This document shows, one piece after another, positions 36,417 to 44,249 of a DNA stretch of 64,000 nt. The notes below the pieces were generated by a model that saw only the letters and a program-made list of their open reading frames with translations, did not search any database and had not been told where the DNA came from. Numbering within the stretch: position 1 is the first letter of the stretch; each line of letters opens with the position of its first letter. This stretch comes from a virus (Duplodnaviria > Caudoviricetes). The stretch spans positions 50,217 through 114,216 of the IMG/VR virus record IMGVR_UViG_2825118518_000002; one strand, given 5' to 3'. The translations under genes and the position numbers were made by a program.

Positions 36417-37972
36417 GATTGCGCCGCCGAAGCCGGCGGCAGTTTCAGGTTTGTCTTTGCGGGCAGGTTGACCTTGGGAGCGGCCGAGATGCTCAGCAGT
36501 CGCCCGAAGGCGCCGGAACTGGCGTCGACCTGGTCCTTCAGCGCTCCACCGGGGAACATGCAGAGCTCGTCGAGGTAGTCGTCATTCCATGCGCCGCGGA
36601 TCAGGTAGACGTTGCCGGCCTCGCATTGAGCGGCGTATGGCTCGGCTCGGATCACCTTGTCGCCACTTTCGGGCTCAGCTTTCACCGTATAGCCTGCCAG
36701 CATCTTGACGTAGTCCTGAGCCTGCACCTTGCCCGCCTGACCAGGATCTTGCGGCAGGCTGATGTAGACGCCCTTCCCGTCGATCTCAGCGGTGGTCGAG
36801 ATCAACAGGCGAACTGCGTGGCCTTCGGCTCGATCCTTGGCGACATGAGCGACGACAAACGTTCCGTCTGGCTGCCTACCCATCTTCACGCCTGCGGTCC
36901 TTGCCGAGGTGCTGCGCGCGCTGGCGGCAAGGTCCCAATGACGAACCCAGACAGTTCCGGGCTGCGCCTGGTCAATCATGTTGTCGGCGAACCATTCGCG
37001 CTTGAACATGCCGCCATCACGAGGCGACGGGCGCTGCTGGTACTGGCCGGCCCAAGCATATGTGCCCTTGCTCTTCTTGAGCCGCTCGACCTCGTCGCGA
37101 GGGAAGCGCTCGGGAAAGAGCAGTTCGCCTTCGACCTTGCGAGGATCTTCAAAGAACAGCTTGCCATCGACATAGGTCCGGCACGGGCCGCCGGTCTTCT
37201 TGCCCCCGACGATGCGCTCCGACTCGAACTCCATCGGCAGGTTGAGATGGATGAATCCAATATCAAGCTCAAGCGCCACGCCGGCTACGTCCTGCATGTG
37301 CAGGCGCTGCATGATGATGGCGATCGCCGATTTGGTCACATCGTTCAGGCGGTCCGAGATACCCTCTCGGAAGATACGAACGCCATTGGCGCGCTCGGTA
37401 TCGCTCTCGGCCGTCTCGGTCGAATGCGGGTCGTCTATCTTCACGCGGTCGCCACGACCGCCTGTCATGGAGCCGAAAGGGCGAGCTTCGCTGAAGCCGT
37501 TGCCGACGTTCTCGAATTTCCCCTTTGCGTTCTGGTCGTCCCGGAGCTTCAGTGGCCAGAGCGTCTGGAACTTCGCGCTCTCGATGATCCGGCGAAGCTT
37601 GATGTTGTCGCGGAAGATGTTGAGCTGGCTGTAGGAGGTGGCCAACACCTGAATGTCGGGGCGCTCACATGGCCCCCACTCCCACGCGGTCCAGAATACC
37701 AACAGCAGCGACTTCATCATGCCAGGAGGCACTGTGATCAGCAGAAACTGGATCTGCCCGGCTGTCACGGCCTCCAGATGCTTGCACATCGCCCGGAGAG
37801 CCCATCCGAACCGAAGCTCTCGCTTAGGCTCAAGGATAGGCCAGAACTCCTGTATGAAGCCTTCCAAGGTCTGGCATCGCGCACGAATGATTTCCGCGTC
37901 CTGGGCAATCCTCTGCCGTTCAGCGGTAGCAGCCCGTCTAGCTCTCTCCTCCCGTATCGCCTTCATCATCAT
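36404..37972 (-). CDS. terL: Terminase large subunit
   Basis: VPPGMMKS (Walker A), KIDDPH (Walker B), IMQRLH, WAGQYQQRP, WDLA, DQVDASSGAF. Confidence 0.93.
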   Translation of the reverse strand: MMMKAIREERARRAATAERQRIAQDAEIIRARCQTLEGFIQEFWPILEPKRELRFGWALRAMCKHLEAVTAGQIQFLLITVPPGMMKSLLLVFWTAWEWGPCERPDIQVLATSYSQLNIFRDNIKLRRIIESAKFQTLWPLKLRDDQNAKGKFENVGNGFSEARPFGSMTGGRGDRVKIDDPHSTETAESDTERANGVRIFREGISDRLNDVTKSAIAIIMQRLHMQDVAGVALELDIGFIHLNLPMEFESERIVGGKKTGGPCRTYVDGKLFFEDPRKVEGELLFPERFPRDEVERLKKSKGTYAWAGQYQQRPSPRDGGMFKREWFADNMIDQAQPGTVWVRHWDLAASARSTSARTAGVKMGRQPDGTFVVAHVAKDRAEGHAVRLLISTTAEIDGKGVYISLPQDPGQAGKVQAQDYVKMLAGYTVKAEPESGDKVIRAEPYAAQCEAGNVYLIRGAWNDDYLDELCMFPGGALKDQVDASSGAFGRLLSISAAPKVNLPAKTNLKLPPASAAQSWMK

Positions 37973-38408
37973 CGCCGGCGGTACCGGCAATCGGACCGAG
38001 GATAGTTTCGAGGCGCGAGAGGTCATCTTCACTCAGGTGCGAGAGATCGACTGTCTGGATCGGGCCGCCATTGGCGCCGGTGTGCTGATGTTTCGATGGG
38101 GCATAGCTGCCCTGCATCTTGTTCGCCTCTGCAATGGCAGAGATGGCCGTACGGCGATCATCCTTGGCGGAGGCATCATAGATAGCCTTGAGAGCGATAA
38201 GCCTGTCAGCGGCGCTCCATTCGGCTTTGTCGGCCACTCTGGACTTGATCTCGGCAACTCGGGCTCGGATGCTATCTTTTGCGCTCAGCCTGGCGGCATT
38301 GCTGCGGTGGGGCGAGAAGCCGGCGGATGCATAAGCGTCGTCAGCGGTGCCACCCTTCGCAAGGGCTTGAGCAAACGCCTCATGCTTTGAGTTGCGAAGG
38401 ACCGGCAA
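37938..38408 (-). CDS. terS: Terminase small subunit
   Basis: PVLRNSKHEAFAQALAKG...AY..AGF...NAARL; HTGANGGPIQ; TTG start uncertain. Confidence 0.8.
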   Translation of the reverse strand: MPVLRNSKHEAFAQALAKGGTADDAYASAGFSPHRSNAARLSAKDSIRARVAEIKSRVADKAEWSAADRLIALKAIYDASAKDDRRTAISAIAEANKMQGSYAPSKHQHTGANGGPIQTVDLSHLSEDDLSRLETILGPIAGTAGDDDEGDTGGES

Positions 38409-38412
38409 TGGC

Positions 38413-39213
38413 TCAACCTTCAAACGTCATGTTGTTCTGGGCGCAGTAGCGACGGAATGCCGCCTCATGGAGTTCGCCCGGCTTCATGTCGATCGAATGG
38501 CCCATGGTGCCACCCTTCCATGAACCCTTGCGGCGCCCTGTCTCGCCCGAGAATTCGATATCGAGAGAGCGTCGGATCTTGGCGGGTCGGAAGAGCGAGA
38601 GCCATTTGAAGTAGCCCTCGCCGAACTTCCATTCCCGCTCTTCGATGCGCGTAACTGCCTTCAGGTCCTCGCCGTCGAAATCTTTGAAGGCGAATGTGCG
38701 CGCCGGGCATTCTTCCTTTGCTCGACGGGCCGGCTCGAAGTCGTATCGCTCGCCGGGCTTGCGCTGCTGCTCAGTCCAGAAGTGGCCGCCTGACAGGTCA
38801 TAGAGGCTGTGACGAACGAAGCGCCACTGCGTCCACGGCAGGAAATAGCCCTTGCTGCGGTCTGTAGTGCTGTCGCCGGTCGAGCGTCCGAGCTTCAGCT
38901 GCAGAAAGCCTTCGCTATAGGAGAAGCCGAAGACGCGTTCGTCCGTCTGTGTGTAGCCCTGTCGACCGTCTGGACGGACATGCGCCCAATGCTGGCCGGT
39001 CAGATCCACCCACTCCGAATGGGGCTTGATTATCTGCGGCAGGCTGACAATCAGGGTGAAGCCGTAGCAGCTGAACCGGGCAAAGCATCCGCCCTCGTCA
39101 TCGTCATCACCGCCGGAGCTGATGAGCAGCGCGAGGTGTTTGTATTTCCGATCGATGGCAAACAGGAATGGCCCGAGGTGGCGATCATTGTCGCCCCAGC
39201 GTCTTGCGTACAT
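38413..39213 (-). CDS. Hypothetical protein
   Basis: ATG at 39213 with AAGGA RBS; 266 aa, Trp-rich. Confidence 0.65.
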   Translation of the reverse strand: MYARRWGDNDRHLGPFLFAIDRKYKHLALLISSGGDDDDEGGCFARFSCYGFTLIVSLPQIIKPHSEWVDLTGQHWAHVRPDGRQGYTQTDERVFGFSYSEGFLQLKLGRSTGDSTTDRSKGYFLPWTQWRFVRHSLYDLSGGHFWTEQQRKPGERYDFEPARRAKEECPARTFAFKDFDGEDLKAVTRIEEREWKFGEGYFKWLSLFRPAKIRRSLDIEFSGETGRRKGSWKGGTMGHSIDMKPGELHEAAFRRYCAQNNMTFEG

Positions 39214-39313
39214 ATTGAGATCCTTTGTCGGAAGGATGGGGAGGAAGGCGGGGCCGACACCCCGCCAACCCGTTGCGCAACCTGTGTCGGCTATGTCGGC
39301 GCCGATTGATGGA

Positions 39314-39889
39314 TCAGTACAGCAGCGCGACCGGGCCGCGAGCAGCGGTGTAGGTCGTCGGCGGGGTGATTGCAGCGCCGGTGCCGAACGTACCGGTTGC
39401 CGAGCCGGTGAGCAGCGGCGTGGACGGCGCGTTGTACTGGGCAAAGCGGGCCGTGGTGCCGTTGAGCTGCAGGGCGATGAAGTAGGTGCCGGGCTGGGCA
39501 TTGTAGGGCGCCGTGAAGGCGATGCGCTGATAGGTGCCGGCGGTGCCGACCAGAGTGCCGGCCGTTGCCGAGGTGGCGACCAGTGCGCCGGTGGAGTCGT
39601 GAAGCTCGACGATCGCATTGTCCGTGCCGCCGGTCGCGCCGATCAGGAACTGGACGCCGGTGATCTGCTGGGCAACGCCGATCGATGTCGAGACATAATA
39701 GCGGGTGCCGGAGACCGGGGTGGCGCTGACGTTGTTGGCGAGCATGTTCATGACGGCAGCCAGATGCACCAGGGATGCCGCTGCAGTGATTGGCAGAGAG
39801 CCGGTGGCATTGGTCGTGTCGAGCAGGGTTTTTTCCGAGCCGTAGAGCGGGCCGATCGAGGGCACGCCATTGGTGAGAAGACCGGACAT
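39314..39889 (-). CDS. Probable virion structural (decoration-like) protein
   Basis: Thr/Gly/Ala-rich beta protein; high-expression codon bias like the coat gene. Confidence 0.6.
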   Translation of the reverse strand: MSGLLTNGVPSIGPLYGSEKTLLDTTNATGSLPITAAASLVHLAAVMNMLANNVSATPVSGTRYYVSTSIGVAQQITGVQFLIGATGGTDNAIVELHDSTGALVATSATAGTLVGTAGTYQRIAFTAPYNAQPGTYFIALQLNGTTARFAQYNAPSTPLLTGSATGTFGTGAAITPPTTYTAARGPVALLY

Positions 39890-39911
39890 TGGTGATTTTC
39901 CTTTCGGTTGC

Positions 39912-39935
39912 AAAGAAAAAGGCGCTCAAGGCGCC
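39912..39935 (-). terminator. Rho-independent terminator within the early part of the late operon
   Basis: On the minus strand: GGCGC-CTTGA-GCGCC-TTTTTCTTT. Confidence 0.75.
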
Positions 39936-40172
39936 CGCGTCATCCGGTCTTGCCGGAATTGGAATTTAGCCCAGCTTGCCTGCTTGCACCGGTAATGAGC
40001 TTGCCCGCTACGGCGCCGGTGTTCCTCTTCGATACGAGCATGGCCTTGTCATCTGGTCGCTGGTTGGGCCCGGCAGGAGTACCGCCGCAGCGGTGTGGAA
40101 TATTATTTCAGAGAGGCTTTATCCGGCCGGTGGGCCGGTGCCATTTCGCGGCTAATGAGCGATATGAATTTT

Positions 40173-40430
40173 CTACAAAAGCACGCCGTGAGAAGGCACC
40201 AAAGGAACGTCCCCGCTGCTCGTGGTCTGGACATAGCCGCCCGCTTGCGCTGGATTCCATGTGAAATAGTCATCGAGAGCCGGAAGGATGACGCCGCCTG
40301 GGATAAGGCCAGTGGGCGCGACGTATTTGCGCGTAACCTTCCCGATCTTGCAATGGCGGATGACGGCGTTAAGCCGGTTTTCGAGCTGCTGGCCGCGGTA
40401 GTCTTCATCGATGATGACTGTGTGGCTCAT
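40173..40430 (-). CDS. Hypothetical protein
   Basis: GAGGAG RBS; 85 aa. Confidence 0.55.
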   Translation of the reverse strand: MSHTVIIDEDYRGQQLENRLNAVIRHCKIGKVTRKYVAPTGLIPGGVILPALDDYFTWNPAQAGGYVQTTSSGDVPLVPSHGVLL

Positions 40431-40540
40431 CTCGCTCTCCTCACCAAACGCAGGGATCTTCACAAACCAGCTTGGCGCCGATCTTCAGGCGGATCTTGCC
40501 TATGCGGCAGTGCCAGTATTGGGTGCGCAAGAGGTGCATG

Positions 40541-40756
40541 TCAGTCTCGCGGCGTGCCGTCAGGATGGCGGGTGACGGCGACGTTGGCCCACATGGCGTT
40601 GGAGCGATGGTTGCGGATGACGAACGTCTTATCTGGGCCGTCAGGCAGGATCTCAGCGAGAGCCATACCATAGACTGCGGCAGCTTCACGAAGCTTTGCC
40701 ATTGCGGCCTTCTGCTCTTCGGTCGGCAGAAGGTATTCGTATGTCGAAGGATGCAT
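40541..40756 (-). CDS. Acb2/Tad1-like helical-hairpin protein (putative immune-signal sponge)
   Basis: GGAGAG RBS; 71 aa: YEYLLPTEEQKAAMAKLREAA...LPDGPDKTFVIRNHRSNAMWANVAVTR. Confidence 0.6.
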   Translation of the reverse strand: MHPSTYEYLLPTEEQKAAMAKLREAAAVYGMALAEILPDGPDKTFVIRNHRSNAMWANVAVTRHPDGTPRD

Positions 40757-40773
40757 TGTCACTCTCCAAATGG

Positions 40774-40797
40774 AAAACCCCGCCATTGCTGACGGGG
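40774..40797 (-). terminator. Terminator closing the structured late leader
   Basis: On the minus strand: CCCCGTCA-GCAA-TGGCGGGG-TTTT. Confidence 0.75.
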
Positions 40798-40997
40798 CTG
40801 ACGAGACGACTTCCACGTCTCTCCGGGTATAGCGCTCCCGGTGCTTCTGGACGCCGGGGAGGCCGAAGCCTCACGCGCAACGCGCTCCCGAACGATTAAT
40901 GCAATTGGCACCGCCCACCAGATCCTACATCAATACCCCACGTAGAACGCAAGGCTTCGGTTATGGCAGGCGGTAGGCTACACCCGCGTGTAGCTGT

Positions 40998-41780
40998 CTA
41001 TGCGGCCTGACGCCTGCGCTCCTCGCGCTCCCGCCGTGCCTGATTTCTTGCCTCAGACCAAGAAAAGTCTCTCGCTTCGAGAACACCGATCGGGCTGAAG
41101 GCTGTATCATCCATGATTGACCGCAGGCCTTCTTCGCTAACCGATCCGGCTCCGATCATGTCTGAAATATGCTCGAAAACCTCACCAACAGGCAACACCC
41201 CGAAAGGGCTACTTACGTTATTGGGTGAGCTTCCCCGAACAAGATGCTGTTCTATAACAGCAATTGCCCGATCCTTTCGACGCGAACCAGTCATCTCGTG
41301 GATGCCTTCCGACTTGCACCATGCGGCGAAGGAGACATCCTTCCTCGTGCGCTTGTGGAACTTAAGCTTTTGCCGTCCGAGCTTCTTTGATCCGATGCGG
41401 ATCTTGGTTTGCTGAGCATCGAGCTTGCCGATCTTTGCCCGAGCCCATGCCCATAGAGCGCGTCGGTTGCCTTCGTCGGAGACCAGAACGATCAGTTCGT
41501 TTGCTCGTTCCCATGTCGCAAGGTCGTCGGGTTTCAGCCGCTGGTTCTCCTCGTCCCACCACTTCTGCACCCAGTCTTCGAAGGGATTGTCGTCGGCGTG
41601 CAGCTGCTCGCGGAACTCCCCGAAGCTGACGCCGGTCTTGATCCGCGACTTCACGTCTTCCTCGGTGTGGACGAAGGGAACCCATGAGCCTTTGAGCCGC
41701 TTCGGGCTGGCGTTGATAGGAAGCCGGCCGTCGATCCATGCCGCCTTGATGAAGAGGTCTGCGATCTCGGTCTTGTTCAC
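40998..41780 (-). CDS. Putative late-gene regulator/antiterminator (Q position)
   Basis: Last early-right gene before the structured leader and terminators; HTH-like SFAAWCKSEGIHEMTGSRRKDRAI. Confidence 0.5.
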   Translation of the reverse strand: MNKTEIADLFIKAAWIDGRLPINASPKRLKGSWVPFVHTEEDVKSRIKTGVSFGEFREQLHADDNPFEDWVQKWWDEENQRLKPDDLATWERANELIVLVSDEGNRRALWAWARAKIGKLDAQQTKIRIGSKKLGRQKLKFHKRTRKDVSFAAWCKSEGIHEMTGSRRKDRAIAVIEQHLVRGSSPNNVSSPFGVLPVGEVFEHISDMIGAGSVSEEGLRSIMDDTAFSPIGVLEARDFSWSEARNQARREREERRRQAA

Positions 41781-42211
41781 GATACTCTCCTGTCGCTGAA
41801 TAGGTCCGGTTGTGTCGCCCTTGGGCCGAAGGCTATGGCAATGCGCTCGGCCAGCATCCCGACGAGGGCGTAACGCTGATGCTTCAATGGTCTGGCAATA
41901 TACTGCAGTTCGCCCACAGGAGCCGCGTCAAAGGCTTTGAGCCATTCGCTGGTATGTTCCTCCACCAGATGGTGATAGGTCTCCACGAGGTCGCTACAGG
42001 CCCACCAGAGGAATTTATCGAGGTAGGCCGCATTGTTCTCGGTTTCCGCCAACGTGACGAGCACCATGCGGAAATGGCCTTCCCCCTTGGAGTTGAGAAT
42101 CCGTTCCATCGTGGTGACAGCGCGCGTCTCCCGAATGCCAGGGTACGCCCGACCGTCAACGATGCGTATGCCGTATTCTTCGCAAAGGGAGGAGACGCGC
42201 GGATCGATCAT
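41777..42211 (-). CDS. Hypothetical phage protein
   Basis: 144 aa; overlapping start/stop with neighbours. Confidence 0.7.
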   Translation of the reverse strand: MIDPRVSSLCEEYGIRIVDGRAYPGIRETRAVTTMERILNSKGEGHFRMVLVTLAETENNAAYLDKFLWWACSDLVETYHHLVEEHTSEWLKAFDAAPVGELQYIARPLKHQRYALVGMLAERIAIAFGPRATQPDLFSDRRVS

Positions 42212-42420
42212 TTCACTAATCCATTCCGAAAAGCGAACGCCACGAGCGCGGTATCCTTGTAGACGTCGGCCTTCTCCTTCATCCTCGCCTGATAGGTCCG
42301 AACGGTATGCGTCGACAGGGAGAGGATCGCGCTCATCTCCTCCGCGGTCTTGCCTTCGCATAGAAGGTTGAGGACTTCCAATTCCCGGCGGGTCATATGA
42401 ACGGTCTGCGGCTCCGTCAT
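42208..42420 (-). CDS. LuxR-type HTH-only regulator
   Basis: MTRRELEVLNLLCEGKTAEEMSAILSLSTHTVRTY...K. Confidence 0.9.
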   Translation of the reverse strand: MTEPQTVHMTRRELEVLNLLCEGKTAEEMSAILSLSTHTVRTYQARMKEKADVYKDTALVAFAFRNGLVK

Positions 42421-42743
42421 TGCGTAATCCCCCCCGTTGGAATCTGCAGGATGATCGGCGCCGGACCGTCTATGGTCGGAACGCGCGGCATTGTGACTTC
42501 AGCCCCTGATACCGTGATCCGCTTCACGCGATCAGGATGAAAGACTTTCGGAGGAACCTCATAAGCAACCGGCTCCCGATGTTTCTGCCTTTCAGGGAAA
42601 CGTGGGCGGTTACGATGTGCCATGCTGATGACAGTGTTCTTCGTCGAACCCACCACCTCAGCAATGGCACGGGCCGTCAGGCCTTCACTCCAAAGCTGCT
42701 CTGCCTTGGCGATCCGCTCCTCTGTCCAGAACAGTTCGGTCAT
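42417..42743 (-). CDS. GcrA-like cell-cycle regulator (N-terminal DNA-binding domain)
   Basis: WTEERIAKAEQLWSEGLTARAIAEVVGSTKNTVISMAHR. Confidence 0.8.
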   Translation of the reverse strand: MTELFWTEERIAKAEQLWSEGLTARAIAEVVGSTKNTVISMAHRNRPRFPERQKHREPVAYEVPPKVFHPDRVKRITVSGAEVTMPRVPTIDGPAPIILQIPTGGITQ

Positions 42744-43360
42744 GGCGCGCTCTTCCCCCTCCTCGGCCAATGCATGCGACGGGCAATGAAGCGGATAGAA
42801 CGATCTGAAACGCGATAGGTGGCATTCATTTCGCTATAGAGCATGCCGCCACGATAGGCCCACTCCAATGAGCGCATGAACGTCATTCCAGGTTCCAGAA
42901 CGAGACGCATCGATGTCTGATCTTCCGTTGGCCTCTGGCCTTTGAATGTTTTGTAGACGCAACTGTGATCGCGCTTCAGAATGCGGCTGATCTGCAGTTC
43001 CTTGAGGCCGAATTTTTCCCGCAATTCCCAAGACAGCATCCGGCGAGCCATCGCAAAGGGGAATAAGTTGAAAGGTGCTACGATCTCATCAGCCGTGAAC
43101 CCAAGTTCCAAAGACCGGCGCCCTAAATATTCCCTCGGCGTCTTCGCGAAGGCCGATGAGACACGGTAGGCAGTGACGTGCGCATCGAACCTGTCCGCAT
43201 CGCTCCATACGAGCCTCACTGGCGGGCGTTCGGTGGGTTTGGGGGCCGGGATAGCCTTCTGCTTATCGATCGCATTCGGCGGGTTCAGGAGGCGCTGCCG
43301 GCGAGCCCATCCCTCGGATAGGTAGGTGGCGACGTCGAAGGATTGAGATTGGATGGTCAT
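42740..43360 (-). CDS. Protein with DnaA C-terminal (domain IV)-like HTH
   Basis: ARRMLSWELREKFGLKELQISRILKRDHSCV resembles the DnaA RDHTTV motif. Confidence 0.65.
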   Translation of the reverse strand: MTIQSQSFDVATYLSEGWARRQRLLNPPNAIDKQKAIPAPKPTERPPVRLVWSDADRFDAHVTAYRVSSAFAKTPREYLGRRSLELGFTADEIVAPFNLFPFAMARRMLSWELREKFGLKELQISRILKRDHSCVYKTFKGQRPTEDQTSMRLVLEPGMTFMRSLEWAYRGGMLYSEMNATYRVSDRSIRFIARRMHWPRRGKSAP

Positions 43361-43968
43361 GCACCAATCTCCTTGGAGGCTTCGGACAGCCAAGCCCAAT
43401 TTCTGCCTACATGGATATTCGCAATAGTCCCAATCGCCACGCCGAACCGCTTCGCTAGTTTGGTCTGCGTTTCTTTTCCCTTGAGGGCGATGATTTCGAG
43501 GACATCTACCTCTGTAAGCTTTGCCACCCCACTTCGTTCACCTCGGTTGTGCGTGCCGTGAAGCAGCCTGTCTGCATTGTTATCTGCCGGTGTCTTCCAC
43601 GATAGGTGCCCAGGCGAAATACATCCTTGGCTGCCCTTGCCGCATGAGTGTGCGGCTTCGTGCTCGGGTGTTGGCGGAGCGCCGTGAACCAATTCGCAGA
43701 CGTAGCGGGAGACGACAAAGGGCTTTCCTCCGTTCCAGACCTGTCCATAGCCGCTAGTATTCCTACCAAATGGCCATGTAAGACAATCGTCGCCGACATG
43801 ATGAAGGGCAACTTCGTGGATAAAGCGAAGCGGTTCGCCTTGGAATGTTCCGCCGCCGAGCGGGTCACCATACTTGCGCAATCGATCGTAATGAGCACGA
43901 CAGTAGCGGCTGCCGTGACGCCTCTTACCGCAGTCAGAAATCGAGCATATGCGTTCAATCCTTCTCAT
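43357..43968 (-). CDS. HNH endonuclease (free-standing)
   Basis: CSISDC, YCRAHY, CLTWP, GYGQ, HEAAHSCG..GCISPGHLSWKT..DN..D; C-terminal HTH. Confidence 0.9.
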   Translation of the reverse strand: MRRIERICSISDCGKRRHGSRYCRAHYDRLRKYGDPLGGGTFQGEPLRFIHEVALHHVGDDCLTWPFGRNTSGYGQVWNGGKPFVVSRYVCELVHGAPPTPEHEAAHSCGKGSQGCISPGHLSWKTPADNNADRLLHGTHNRGERSGVAKLTEVDVLEIIALKGKETQTKLAKRFGVAIGTIANIHVGRNWAWLSEASKEIGA

Positions 43969-44249
43969 GCTGATGCTCCCCGGCGTTCGATCTCGGTGAC
44001 TTTTCCATTGCGAAAAATCCGCTCAGCTTGGCTCTTGGCCGCAAAGACTACCTCTCCGTCCCTCTTCATCACTCGTTGTTCCAACGAATACAGCACGCGC
44101 CAGGCGGCGCATTCAGCCGCTTCAGGGGTTTTGAAATATGCCGGCCGGCCCTTTACCTGCACGGTGCGGAATTTCGCCGACCAGACTGGCCGGTAATGGC
44201 CTTCCCAGCCGTTGATGGTGCCGATGGCGATCGCTGCGGACTGGTTCAT
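43965..44249 (-). CDS. Hypothetical protein
   Basis: 94 aa; coupled to neighbours. Confidence 0.6.
   Translation of the reverse strand: MNQSAAIAIGTINGWEGHYRPVWSAKFRTVQVKGRPAYFKTPEAAECAAWRVLYSLEQRVMKRDGEVVFAAKSQAERIFRNGKVTEIERRGASA

Noticed and set aside
22668-38005. Long plus-strand ORFs (e.g. 22668-24425, 27048-28532, 31060-32343, 35037-36578, 36419-38005)
   Set aside because: Antisense shadows of high-GC structural genes; no motifs or RBS.
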